Shown in pieces: positions 49,089-58,656 of a stretch of 64,000 nucleotides of DNA. The notes under the pieces are model-generated. The model ran no database searches, had not been told where the DNA came from, and was given only the letters and a program-made list of their open reading frames with translations. The DNA is from an uncultured Sphingomonas sp. (GTDB lineage Bacteria > Pseudomonadota > Alphaproteobacteria > Sphingomonadales > Sphingomonadaceae). The position numbers and the translations under genes are program-made. Every line of letters begins with the position of its first letter. The stretch's first letter is position 1. The DNA lies in NCBI GenBank assembly GCA_963521395.1, contig CAUQTY010000005.1, positions 115,354 to 179,353 on the forward strand, given 5' to 3'.

Positions 49089-49300
49089 ATGTCAAGCTTG
49101 GCTGAAAGCAGACGGACTACTTTCGGCCACTTGCCGACGCTCGGTCTGAGCGAGCCGAACGCCTGCCCCTGGTGGTAAGCGGACTGACTGCTTTCGGGTG
49201 AGCACTGACGGATATCCGACGTCCGTTCATGCGGAGAGCGAAGTCGGCATAGCTCCCTTCTCGGTCAACGAGGCTGAGTAATTGGCACCCGTAAGCAGAA
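49089..49300 (+). repeat. Junction repeat, copy D (longest)
   Basis: CGGCCACTTGCCGACGCTC at 49124, TGGTGGTAAGCGGAC at 49170, GGCACCCGTAAGC at 49284. Confidence 0.85.
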
Positions 49301-49328
49301 GCTGGCGAAGAGGCGTGACATCAGAGTG

Positions 49329-52300
49329 TCAGGCGTCGGGGCCGCTCGGCTGATCAAGCATCCCCAGCTTGGCCGCAAGGTCCGACTGGCGGAACGGTTT
49401 GATCAGTCGAGCAAGGTCGGGTGCCACGCCTTCTGCTTCGGCGAAACCGGAAACTAGCAGAATGGGCAAAGATGGACGGGTCGCTCGTAACTCGCGGGCG
49501 AGATCCGTCCCGTTCATTCCGGGCATGAGGTGATCGGTGACCAGAAGATCGTATTTAGCACCCGCCTTGATCAGGTTCAGAGCGTCCTCAGCGGACGAGG
49601 CCTGCAGGACTTCATAGCCCAAGTCACCAAGCATATCGGCAGTGCTCAGCCGGACGAATTCTTCATCGTCAACCAGGAGTGCTGTCCCGGTGCGGCTGCT
49701 GATTGGCGTAGCTTGTGCTGTGCTCTCGGCGACGACTTCGGCGTTCGCTGTCGCTGGAAGCAAGATCTGCACTTTCGTTCCGACGCCTGGCGTGCTCTTG
49801 ATGATCAGCGCGCCACCCAGCTGAGAGGCTAAACCGTGCACCATGGAGAGCCCAAGGCCAGTTCCACGACCTACACCCTTGGTAGAGAAGAACGGCTCAA
49901 CTGCACGGCTCTGGGTCTCTTGGTCCATGCCAGCGCCAGTATCCGCGACGGACAATCGTACGTATTCGCCCGGCTTGAGACCTTGGTTCGCCGCATCATC
50001 AATTGTTTGAAGGTCTGCAGAGATACGGAGCACCCCTCCATCGGGCATGGCATCGCGAGCGTTCACGCTTAGGTTCAGGATCGCCATCTCGAGCTGGTTA
50101 GCGTCGGCGACAGCGGCTGGCAGGTTGGGCGCGACCTCGACAGCAACCTTGATCTGCGGACCTGTGGTGCTCGCTATGAGATCAGCCATGCCGCTGACGA
50201 GTGTGCCTATAGCGACTGGGCGGGCTTGCAGTGGCTGTCGACGGGCGAAAGCAAGCAGCCGCTGAACAAGTACCCGCGCCCGCTCAGCCGACTGCAGGGC
50301 TCCGTCAATCAACCTTGCTTCGCGGTCGCTGCCGAAGCCCCGACGCTGAAGAAGATCTAGCGAGCCAACGATGGGGCTCAGGAGATTGTTGAAGTCGTGA
50401 GCGACCCCACCTGTTAAGGCACCCATGGCCTCCATCTTCTGGCTTTGTCGGAGTTGTTCGTGGGCGTCCTGCAGCTCTCGGGTGCGTTCATGTACCCGAG
50501 CTTCCAGAGTGTCGTTTAGCTCGCGAAGCTGGAGTTCGGCCTCCTTATGCTCTGTGGTGTCGATCTGGATGCCATCCCAGATTAGCGAACCATCTTCCTG
50601 CTCGCGTGCTGCCGAGAGTATGCGGCACCAGCGAACGCAGCCATCCGTCCTTCTAAAGCGCATTTCCACATCGAAGGGCGCCTTGTTCCTGATGGCATCG
50701 GCCTCTGCCTGCACCATCAACTCGCGGTCTTCCTCGAGGACCAAGTGATAGGGAATAGTCGGGTCGGCCAACACCGCATCGGCAGGAATACCGGTGAGCT
50801 TCTCATGGCTTTGTGAGACGTACAGAAAGCGACGGTCAGTGCCGTCAGGGCCAGTGGAAATCTGGTACACCATGCCGGCCGGCAAGTTATCGGTGAGGGC
50901 ACGTACTCGTGCTTCGCTTTCTCTGAGTGCTGCTTCGGCTGAGCGGCGGGCTGTGATGTCGATGGCCGTTCCGACCAAACGGACGCACTGATCGCCCTCG
51001 AAGAGCCCACGTCCCTTCGCCGCTACCCAGCGGACCACACCATCTTCTTTGCCGACGGTGCGGTACTCTACGTCATACAGTGCACGCTGACCCGGGTCGC
51101 TCGCAGCGGCGAAAGCGCTGGCAGTCGACTCGCGGTCATCGGCATGAAGGCCAGCGTAGAAGTCAGCCATCGACACGGGTACGTCTGGTGAGATGCCGAA
51201 CATGGCCTTGACCCGGGGCGGCCAGGTCAGAACATCGTTGACGACGTCGACGTCCCAGAAGCCGACCTCAGCATTCTCGGTCGCCAGCCGCAGCTGTTCC
51301 TCGCTCTCGCTCAGCGCAGCCTCGATCATCTTACGATCGTGAATGTCGGTTGAGGTACCGAACCACCTGATGATCTCGCCCGTATCGATATCAGCTTGTG
51401 GGTCGCCCCTGACCAAGAACCAACGGTAGTCGCCTGTCGCCGAGCGTATGCGGTGCTCAACGTTGTACGTCTGGCCGCTTTCTCGAGCGGCGTTAAATGC
51501 GGCCATGGTCGGAGCAGCATCCTCTGGATGCGTGAAGTCGCGGCTGACTTGTTCCGCCGATGAAGGCATCGGCTCAGCCCCAGTATACTCGAACCATTGC
51601 CGATTGAAGTATTCGACTTTCCCGTCCCCGTCCGTGACCCACACGATCGACGGTATCGCGTTGGTCATGTCGCGAAACTGAGCTTCACTCTGGCGAAGGC
51701 GCTGTTCGGCAATCTTTGTGGCGGTCACGTCACGGGACACGGACAGAAGCTTCTCCGGTTTGCCGTCTGGCCCACTGATCGGTGTGACGATGACATCCCA
51801 GCACCGTTGGTTGCCCATCATGGTGTCAGCGCAGCCTTCGAAGCGGCCCGTGCCGCCGTCTTTGGCAACGCCGATTGCCTCTAAAGCTTTGTGGCGTTCG
51901 TCGGCAGGCCAGAACTCAGACCAGGATCGGCCTGCAACGTCGCTGAAGTCGTCGACCTCCATCAAGCACAGGGCACCAGCACTCATGAACTCAAGACGGC
52001 CGCACAGATCCAGGACCTTGATGCAGTCAGCCGAACTAGCGAGTACCCGGCGGTTGAACTCCTCGCTTGCGCGCAGCGCTTCAGTGGCCTCATGGCGATC
52101 GGTCAGGTCGGCGGAGACAGCAAGGACGGCGCGCGGTCGGCCGTGCTCATCTTGGAGGCAGGTAAGGCTGCTGTTCGCGAACAGCAGCGACCCATCCGGC
52201 CTCAAGTAGCGCTTGTCGAACGAAGCAGGTGCCCCTGTTTCGACTGTGGCCCTGAAGGTCTCGAGGCTTAACGCGACGTCCTCGGGGTGGGTGACATCCG

Positions 52301-53390
52301 CCACGGTTGCGGCGAGCAGTTCATCACGAGACCGGCCGAGCATCCGGCAGAGCTCGTCGTTGACACGCTCGAAGCGGCCTTCGAGCGAAATCTCGGAAAG
52401 CCCAACCGCCGCATGAGCGAAGATCGCTGAGAGTTGCGCCTCGCTTTCGCGACGCTCGATATCTGCCTGTGCGCGCTCCGCGGCGGACCAGGTTCGTTCA
52501 GCAATCTCGAGAGCGAGCGCCACATCCTCCTTGGACCAAGTGCGCGGCACGGCGCTGTGGATTGCGAGTACCGCCGTCAGCCTCTCGTTCTTGACCACAG
52601 GTATGTTAATGAAGCCGACGATACCTGCGCGCTCGAAAGCCGCGAGTGCCTCTGGCGTCGAAGTGCGCCGATCAAGCCTCACGTCAGTGATGGTAATGTT
52701 CTCACCGCGCCTGAGGTCGGCAATATAGCCGGGCCCGTAGTCGTCGAGTTGATGGCGCCTCGCGTTTGCCACCATCGTCCCGTCGTTCCATTCGCGATTG
52801 ATGATGACGGTCTTCCCGCCAGGCTCGACTTGGGCGTAGGCGACCTGCGAAACGTCCAGAAACCGGCCCAAGGCCTCGGTGGTAGCCGCAATCGCTTCCT
52901 CCGGGTCCGTTAAACCGCGAAGCCGTTGCTCAAGCGACAGGCGGAAGGCTTGCCGTTGAGCATGGGCGCGCAGATCCACCTCCGCTTTTTTTCGAGCGTC
53001 GATGTCGATGTTCATCCCGACCCATTTGTCGATCTTTCCATCGGCATCGAGCACGGGAGCGGCTCTGACGTTGGTCCAGCGCCAATGGCCATCAGGCGAG
53101 CGAAGGCGGAACTCGGCGTCCACAATCCCTTGCTCTGGGACGGCCTGCCGCCACTGCCGCTCTGCATACTCGCGGTCTTCAGGATGAACGGCGTCGAGCC
53201 AGCCAAAACCCAACCACTGTTCGAGCGTTTGGCCGGTATAAGCACGCCAGCTTGGGCTGTCGGCAACGACGAAACCATTGCCGTCGGTTTCCCACACGGC
53301 CTGAAGGAGGCGGTGCCGCGCGTCGCTTTCACGCAGCGCGGCCCGGGCTTCGAGAAGCTCGCCGGCCTCTTCATGTTCCGATGCACTCAA
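49329..53390 (-). CDS. Cytoplasmic multi-PAS/GAF hybrid histidine kinase with receiver domain
   Basis: Several PAS/PAC repeats (HPED..., DIT.RK..E); [14 protein letters not shown]; HATPase; REC (LLVDD, TDHLMP, KPF); TTG start. Confidence 0.93.
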   Translation of the reverse strand: MSASEHEEAGELLEARAALRESDARHRLLQAVWETDGNGFVVADSPSWRAYTGQTLEQWLGFGWLDAVHPEDREYAERQWRQAVPEQGIVDAEFRLRSPDGHWRWTNVRAAPVLDADGKIDKWVGMNIDIDARKKAEVDLRAHAQRQAFRLSLEQRLRGLTDPEEAIAATTEALGRFLDVSQVAYAQVEPGGKTVIINREWNDGTMVANARRHQLDDYGPGYIADLRRGENITITDVRLDRRTSTPEALAAFERAGIVGFINIPVVKNERLTAVLAIHSAVPRTWSKEDVALALEIAERTWSAAERAQADIERRESEAQLSAIFAHAAVGLSEISLEGRFERVNDELCRMLGRSRDELLAATVADVTHPEDVALSLETFRATVETGAPASFDKRYLRPDGSLLFANSSLTCLQDEHGRPRAVLAVSADLTDRHEATEALRASEEFNRRVLASSADCIKVLDLCGRLEFMSAGALCLMEVDDFSDVAGRSWSEFWPADERHKALEAIGVAKDGGTGRFEGCADTMMGNQRCWDVIVTPISGPDGKPEKLLSVSRDVTATKIAEQRLRQSEAQFRDMTNAIPSIVWVTDGDGKVEYFNRQWFEYTGAEPMPSSAEQVSRDFTHPEDAAPTMAAFNAARESGQTYNVEHRIRSATGDYRWFLVRGDPQADIDTGEIIRWFGTSTDIHDRKMIEAALSESEEQLRLATENAEVGFWDVDVVNDVLTWPPRVKAMFGISPDVPVSMADFYAGLHADDRESTASAFAAASDPGQRALYDVEYRTVGKEDGVVRWVAAKGRGLFEGDQCVRLVGTAIDITARRSAEAALRESEARVRALTDNLPAGMVYQISTGPDGTDRRFLYVSQSHEKLTGIPADAVLADPTIPYHLVLEEDRELMVQAEADAIRNKAPFDVEMRFRRTDGCVRWCRILSAAREQEDGSLIWDGIQIDTTEHKEAELQLRELNDTLEARVHERTRELQDAHEQLRQSQKMEAMGALTGGVAHDFNNLLSPIVGSLDLLQRRGFGSDREARLIDGALQSAERARVLVQRLLAFARRQPLQARPVAIGTLVSGMADLIASTTGPQIKVAVEVAPNLPAAVADANQLEMAILNLSVNARDAMPDGGVLRISADLQTIDDAANQGLKPGEYVRLSVADTGAGMDQETQSRAVEPFFSTKGVGRGTGLGLSMVHGLASQLGGALIIKSTPGVGTKVQILLPATANAEVVAESTAQATPISSRTGTALLVDDEEFVRLSTADMLGDLGYEVLQASSAEDALNLIKAGAKYDLLVTDHLMPGMNGTDLARELRATRPSLPILLVSGFAEAEGVAPDLARLIKPFRQSDLAAKLGMLDQPSGPDA

Positions 53391-53587
53391 AGCGTTATTG
53401 ATCCTTCAGCCGGCCGACACTCGCGCAACGAATGAGAGGATGTCAGTGTCCGACAAGCTTTTCCAGCCCGCAAAAGTGCCTAGCCTCGCGAGGCCTAATG
53501 ATCGTTGAGGCGCTCCGCTCAATAGTGAACCGAACCCGAGAACGACTGCTTTATCGTCTTACTTTCGAGGACCGGACCAGCTGCAAA

Positions 53588-53690
53588 CGGCCACGTGCCG
53601 CCGCTCAGGTCCAACCTGCCGTACTTCCGCTGGTGGTGGGAAGCGGAATGGCCGCTCTCGGCGCATGGTGGGCGAATAGCCGACACTCGA
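53588..53690 (+). repeat. Junction repeat, copy E
   Basis: CGGCCACGTGCCGCCGCTC at 53588 and TGGTGGGAAGCGGAA at 53634, the same 46-nt offset as in copy D. Confidence 0.75.
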
Positions 53691-53822
53691 TGATACGAGA
53701 GGGACGCAGAGCAGACGATAGCTCAGCTCGGTGGCGTACTGCGCTGTTCTTTTGCTCCGAAGCGGCGTCCGCTCACTGCATTGCAGTTGCGTACCTGATC
53801 TGCCGGCGGCACTGGAGGTTGA

Positions 53823-54530
53823 ATGTACGCCAGCCTTTCGCTGAAACGCTTGTCCTCGGCGCTCGCCATCTCGTTCACGATCGCTCTACTGATCGTTGTG
53901 ACGCTTCGAGGCATGCCCAGCGGACTTTCTGGTTGGGGGCGCCCCGTGTCCACGGCGCTGACGTGGTGGTCCGTGACGCTGGTTATTCTGTTCGGATGGT
54001 CCGGGAAGCTGGCACCCTGGCGTATGATCTGGTGGTGCATCCCACCACTCAACAAGCTTGTCTTTCCGGATCTCAACGGAAAGTGGCAAGGCAAGCTACA
54101 ATCTAACTGGTCGGTGTTTCAGGAGATGCTTTCAGCCGCGACCGCCCGCAATAAGAAGCTCGAAGAGAAAGACCTGCCGGACATTCCGCTCAAGCCGGTC
54201 GACATCGAGCTGATGATCACGGCGTCATTGTTCACCTTCCGTATCGAAGCGAAGGTCTCTGGCGTCGACGGTACGTCGCACTCTATATCCGAGCGCATTC
54301 AGAAGGACGAAAAGCGGGATCGTTTTGAGCTGTTTTACGTCTACGTTCAGGAGACGCCGCAGCCTTCCGCTACCGACGAGGCTTCTCATCCAGGCTCAGC
54401 CCGGCTTGACGTCGACACGAGCGCTTGGGCTCTGAAGGGTGAGTATTGGAACCGCCGCAAGTGGCGCTCGGGCTTCAACGCTGCGGGCTTGATGGAGGTG
54501 ACGCGGAAGGATCGCGGTGGTTGGTTCTGA
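53823..54530 (+). CDS. cap15: Cap15-like CBASS effector (2 TM helices + beta-barrel)
   Basis: GGAGG RBS; two N-terminal hydrophobic helices; FPDLNGKWQGKLQSNW; LFYVY; H.GSARL; LKGEYWN.R. Confidence 0.78.
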   Translation: MYASLSLKRLSSALAISFTIALLIVVTLRGMPSGLSGWGRPVSTALTWWSVTLVILFGWSGKLAPWRMIWWCIPPLNKLVFPDLNGKWQGKLQSNWSVFQEMLSAATARNKKLEEKDLPDIPLKPVDIELMITASLFTFRIEAKVSGVDGTSHSISERIQKDEKRDRFELFYVYVQETPQPSATDEASHPGSARLDVDTSAWALKGEYWNRRKWRSGFNAAGLMEVTRKDRGGWF

Positions 54531-55013
54531 CTAGGAACTGTTATCCGACCTCGACGTAAGCTCGTGATGCCGTGTTCCGTCATGGATGAGCAGCAGCAAG
54601 CCGCGCGGCCGTTCGACTCGCCCGACTATCACGAAGAGCAGACCATTCATTCGGTGTCGTGATAGGCGCACTCGGGACGAAAAGGTCTTTAAGTCTCGAG
54701 AGGAAGGTGACGGCCGCTTCTGCGGATGCGTGTGCCAGTCGCCGACATAGTGCAGGTCCTGGCAAAAATAAGCATCGATTTCCCGCTGCTCGGCTCGACG
54801 ATCGGATTGATAGGAGAATGGCGTTCGGATGTCGGTCGGTCGAGGCCCGGTTGCGAAAACAATCCTGATTTCTTTCCCGGCGATGCGTGCGAACAGCAGT
54901 CCCCCGGCCTCCCTATGCCAGAACCTCGTCTGCTGGTGCCTGCGGAAGTGGCTTAGCACAGAATGGTCGATCACGACGCGCTCGCCCGAGGTTCCGACCT
55001 CATAGAACATCAT
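54531..55013 (-). CDS. cap3: Cap3 JAB/MPN isopeptidase
   Basis: EAGGLL; ATGP; GDWHTHPQKRPSPSSRD; ATGA-coupled to cap2. Confidence 0.9.
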   Translation of the reverse strand: MMFYEVGTSGERVVIDHSVLSHFRRHQQTRFWHREAGGLLFARIAGKEIRIVFATGPRPTDIRTPFSYQSDRRAEQREIDAYFCQDLHYVGDWHTHPQKRPSPSSRDLKTFSSRVRLSRHRMNGLLFVIVGRVERPRGLLLLIHDGTRHHELTSRSDNSS

Positions 55014-56749
55014 GGGAGCCCGTTGCCGCCGCATGCCCGGCAATCAAGCACTGGCATCCACTCGAACACCTGGAGCCGACCGCTCTCAGCCCCGGCGCCG
55101 CAACGCGTCGTCCATGCCTGGCTCCACTGCCCACCGACGCTTTCGACCGCTGCGGCGCGGCCGCTCACCGCCCGGTGCTCTCCTACATCTGCTCTCCCGA
55201 GAAGATGATCGAGGGCGAGATCGGCGGCGAGGCCGGCCGCCATCATAGTCGCCGTAGGACCATATGGCTGGAAGAAGGCACCGCAAGCGGGAGCCTGCTT
55301 GAGAGTCCGCTCATCGAAGTCGACCACTTGGCCCTTTGGCTCACCGTGGCGTCCGAGGTGGCACTGCAGGCATCCCGAGCCCCGCCCGAGCAGCACCGCA
55401 TGTGCAGCAGCACCGTGGGGCTCTAGCCAAGCGTAGATGGTTGGCGGGGTGCCTCGCGTCAGCTGCAAGGCGTTGAGCTCGCCTTCTTGGCTCCAGCTGC
55501 CTACTGCGGCGATGACCAGTTCGGAGTTGGCAATGACGTCCGCAAGCTCCTGCCAAGGCTTCTCGTGCGCATTAAAGCGGCCGTGTGGAAAATCGTGCCC
55601 GAGCAACTTGGCAAGACGCTCGGCCTTGTACTGGCCCACGCTGTCCGCACCGAGCGCGTGCCGTCCGATGTTGGCGAATTGCAGCAGTTCAGGATCGATG
55701 AGGTCGAGGCACCCCACGCCGGCCTGTGCCAAGAGCCGGGCAAGGGGACTGCCGATGGATCCGTTGCCAATGATGGTGATGCTTGAGGAGATGAGATCGG
55801 TGAGGTCGGCATTGCCGTCGCGGCCGTGCACCCACCATGGATCGGCTCGATCGACCGCCAGGCGAACGACCTTGAATGCGTTGTTGAGCGTGTGCATCGC
55901 GCCAGCGCCGTAGACCTTCATGATCCGTTTCGCGACGTGAACACCGTTTGCACCCAGCCTCACGCCGGCGAAGCAGGTACCATTCCCGGTCGAGGCACCG
56001 AACAGCACGAGAGGGTCTGTCTTCACGTCGCGGAGGAGTCCGAGCAGTTGCTCCCCCGCCCCGACTGAAATGGCAAGGCTCAAAACCTCGTCAGGTGTTG
56101 AGGGATACTGATCCGGCAGGAGAGGTGCAGGCAACCAGACGAGCAGGCCTGTCCCGACCCTGATATCGGCCACGCTCTTCTTTCGGAGAAAGTTGGCGAG
56201 CCAATTGCGGAGTTCGTCTTCATCCTCAGCAGCGAGCAGAAGCTTCTTGCCGTCCCAGAAGCGGATCAACCGGCTGGGCCCGCACGGATGAACGATGGAG
56301 CGTGCGGTGCCGTTGGTAAGCGGATCCCAGTAGGACAGGAACTCCGACCTAAAGTCGTCCGCGTTGGTACCGTTGATTCCTTCCGTGAGCACGCGAAGTG
56401 CACCCGCAAGGCTCGCCGCAGCCACGCCGATCGGCTCGTCGGGGTCGGCCTCGTCGACATCGGCGAAGACACAGATCAGGCCAGAAGCTTCGACATGCGG
56501 GTAGCTCGGGAACTTAGGCGGATTGGCCAAAGCCACCCGAGGCTTCGACCAAGGAAACCGTTCGTCGAGCAGCACGCGCAGCCCGACGTCCGTTCCGGCG
56601 ACCTTGGTCGATATCTCCCACGCGTGAGAGAAGCCTTCGAGGAAATCGCCGGGAGGCACCTCAGTCGCCCCGAGGGTCGCAGTAAGCCAACGTTCGAGCT
56701 TGGACACCGCTGCCACCCGGCTGGTGCCGGGCGGCTGCGGTTCAGGCAT
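55010..56749 (-). CDS. cap2: Cap2 E2-E1 (ThiF) fusion
   Basis: E2-like FPWSKP..PHVEASGLIC; ThiF IGNGSIGS, LIDPE, NIGRH; CLQC and CRAC zinc pairs; PACG catalytic Cys. Confidence 0.9.
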   Translation of the reverse strand: MPEPQPPGTSRVAAVSKLERWLTATLGATEVPPGDFLEGFSHAWEISTKVAGTDVGLRVLLDERFPWSKPRVALANPPKFPSYPHVEASGLICVFADVDEADPDEPIGVAAASLAGALRVLTEGINGTNADDFRSEFLSYWDPLTNGTARSIVHPCGPSRLIRFWDGKKLLLAAEDEDELRNWLANFLRKKSVADIRVGTGLLVWLPAPLLPDQYPSTPDEVLSLAISVGAGEQLLGLLRDVKTDPLVLFGASTGNGTCFAGVRLGANGVHVAKRIMKVYGAGAMHTLNNAFKVVRLAVDRADPWWVHGRDGNADLTDLISSSITIIGNGSIGSPLARLLAQAGVGCLDLIDPELLQFANIGRHALGADSVGQYKAERLAKLLGHDFPHGRFNAHEKPWQELADVIANSELVIAAVGSWSQEGELNALQLTRGTPPTIYAWLEPHGAAAHAVLLGRGSGCLQCHLGRHGEPKGQVVDFDERTLKQAPACGAFFQPYGPTATMMAAGLAADLALDHLLGRADVGEHRAVSGRAAAVESVGGQWSQAWTTRCGAGAESGRLQVFEWMPVLDCRACGGNGLP

Positions 56750-58007
56750 TCCGATTATCTCCGCCGATCTTCACCGGGGCGCGTGATTCCGGCTCCTTGT
56801 CGAAGTCGCCAAGGATGCCGGAGCTGAGGATGTTAGCCGAGGTGACCTTTTCCATGTCGACCAAATCCGGCTCGACCGGCAGGAAAGACCCGAGGACGTT
56901 GTGCAACGACGCTACTACTCCGTCCGCCGTAGGCTCGGCGAGAGCCGCCCGAAGACCGTCCCTGAGCGCCTCTGCGGCCGACACGAACTCGGCCCTGCAC
57001 TCGTCCCAATTCTCGTCGAGACGCTGACCTTCGACAACTGGGTTGTCGATCTTCCCGCGCAGCAGACCGGGCAGCGCTTCAGCTACCATCAGCAGGGCGA
57101 GATCGTCCCGTTTTGCGCTCGGGCTCATGGCACTCGCTTCGTAGGCCGATACCGCAGTCGCCATGAGCGCGATGGAGCTGAGCCTGCAGGTGTCCCACTC
57201 GTGGTCGCGCCATCCCTTGAGGTAGCGGCAGACCCGCCGCAGCTGCTCGCCATGCTCTCGAACGGCGGCCTTGAACCAGTCCTCTAGCTTGCGCGGATCG
57301 GACGGCTTCCAGCCCTCGTGCCGGTGGGCAAGCATGATGTGATCTTCCGGCAGGGCCGGGTACACGTAGCGCTCAAAACGCGCCGTCTCGTCCAGTGCAG
57401 TGAATGTGCCATCGGCGATTCCGCCCAGGCTTGCAGTCGTGCTGCGCTCTGCCTTCTCCAGCAGGGTTTGATATTCCCCGTCAGGGATCGCATACAGCGC
57501 GAGGTCGATGTGAGCCTCGTCATCGACGATGACCCGGACACAGGATGGCTTAGGCTCACCAAGTTCCCACCCCTTCTTGGCGCAGAGGGGCTCAAGGATG
57601 GTCTCAACGGCCGTGAAATAGGCGTCGCTGACGATGGCTGGGTGAACCGTTCCGCCGTCAGTCAGGAAGGACGTCGGCAGGAACACGCCGTCATCGAGGT
57701 CGATCTCCTGCGGCGGGTGCTGAGTGGCGCGGTTGAGGGTCGCATACGACCAGCTTCCCTGCATGCGGAACTTGGGGCGGAGAGTAGACAGGCTGGCGAA
57801 CTCCAAGCTGCCGAGAGCCCGGTCCTCGAACAGCTCCTGCCGCTTGATAACGTCCTGCCAGTCCGCGAAACCCGACCTGATTTCTTCCCTGATGTCTTCG
57901 CGAGCCGCCCTTAGCAGCTCACGCCGCTCCTCTTCGACCGTCAGCTGGTTCAAGTAGGAGTCGTTCCCAGCTGCATTATAGAGCAGCCGATGCGCGTTCG
58001 CCGCCAT
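56742..58007 (-). CDS. CD-NTase (cGAS/DncV-like cyclic oligonucleotide synthase)
   Basis: FRMQGSWSYATLN..PPQEIDLDDGVFLP; KPSCVR; HIDLALYAIP; SDPRKL; CRYLKGWRD; LSSIALM; C-terminal Ala. Confidence 0.92.
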   Translation of the reverse strand: MAANAHRLLYNAAGNDSYLNQLTVEEERRELLRAAREDIREEIRSGFADWQDVIKRQELFEDRALGSLEFASLSTLRPKFRMQGSWSYATLNRATQHPPQEIDLDDGVFLPTSFLTDGGTVHPAIVSDAYFTAVETILEPLCAKKGWELGEPKPSCVRVIVDDEAHIDLALYAIPDGEYQTLLEKAERSTTASLGGIADGTFTALDETARFERYVYPALPEDHIMLAHRHEGWKPSDPRKLEDWFKAAVREHGEQLRRVCRYLKGWRDHEWDTCRLSSIALMATAVSAYEASAMSPSAKRDDLALLMVAEALPGLLRGKIDNPVVEGQRLDENWDECRAEFVSAAEALRDGLRAALAEPTADGVVASLHNVLGSFLPVEPDLVDMEKVTSANILSSGILGDFDKEPESRAPVKIGGDNRNA

Positions 58008-58119
58008 TCCTCGATGATCCCCGTTCTTTGTTTGTTTTCCTCAGATAGGTAGGACTGGCGCTTGAACAAGGCTGCCGAGCCTAGGTGTCGGCTGCAGCGG
58101 CTATTGCTCATTTCCCACA

Positions 58120-58192
58120 AGAACGAACGGCTGCTTACGGGAGACGGCGAGAACGACTTGAACTTCGGCTTGTGGGTCGAAGCTGCCGGAAC
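58120..58192. repeat. Junction-repeat-related fragment
   Basis: CTGCTTACGGGA (58130) nearly reverse-complements the CCCGTAAGCAG block of copy D; GGCTTGTGGGTCGAAGCTGCC hairpin unit. Confidence 0.4.
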
Positions 58193-58284
58193 GAACAGCG
58201 GTCCTGTCACCTCGCGGACGGCGCTCTCAAGACGCTGACTCAGGGGCGATCGCAACTTGGACAGTGCGCGCGGGTTGAGAGGCG

Positions 58285-58374
58285 ATGACGCCATCCTTCG
58301 ACAACAGCTACGCCCGCCTGCGCGAACGCTTCTTTGCCAAGGCGAAGCCGGCGCCTTTTTCGGCACCGACACTG
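58285..58374 (+). pseudogene. N-terminal remnant of a SelO/YdiU protein adenylyltransferase gene
   Basis: GAGAGG RBS then MTPSFDNSYARLRERFFAKAKPAPFSAPTL, like the alphaproteobacterial YdiU start (FDNSYARLP..F....P.P...P.L); similarity is lost afterwards. Confidence 0.55.
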
Positions 58375-58656
58375 ACGGCTTCCGCGACGACGAGCGCGTC
58401 GTCGTCTTCTATAAAGGTCAGGGCTTTGAATTCGCGCTGGCTGCTCGCGGCAACGGTGAAGGGCTCGCTGGTGGGGATGGAGCTGAACGTCGAACCTGCG
58501 GGCCAGGCACGCGAGGGGAGCGTGCTAATCAGAATAGAAAAGACCTGAGGTTTGTCCGTCACCGCCGGTCAGGAACCCACAAGCGCAATCCCCAAGGCGT
58601 GTTCAATCTCCCGTCATCATCGAAATGCTTCTCCAGTGAACGCCTGATGCATTCGT

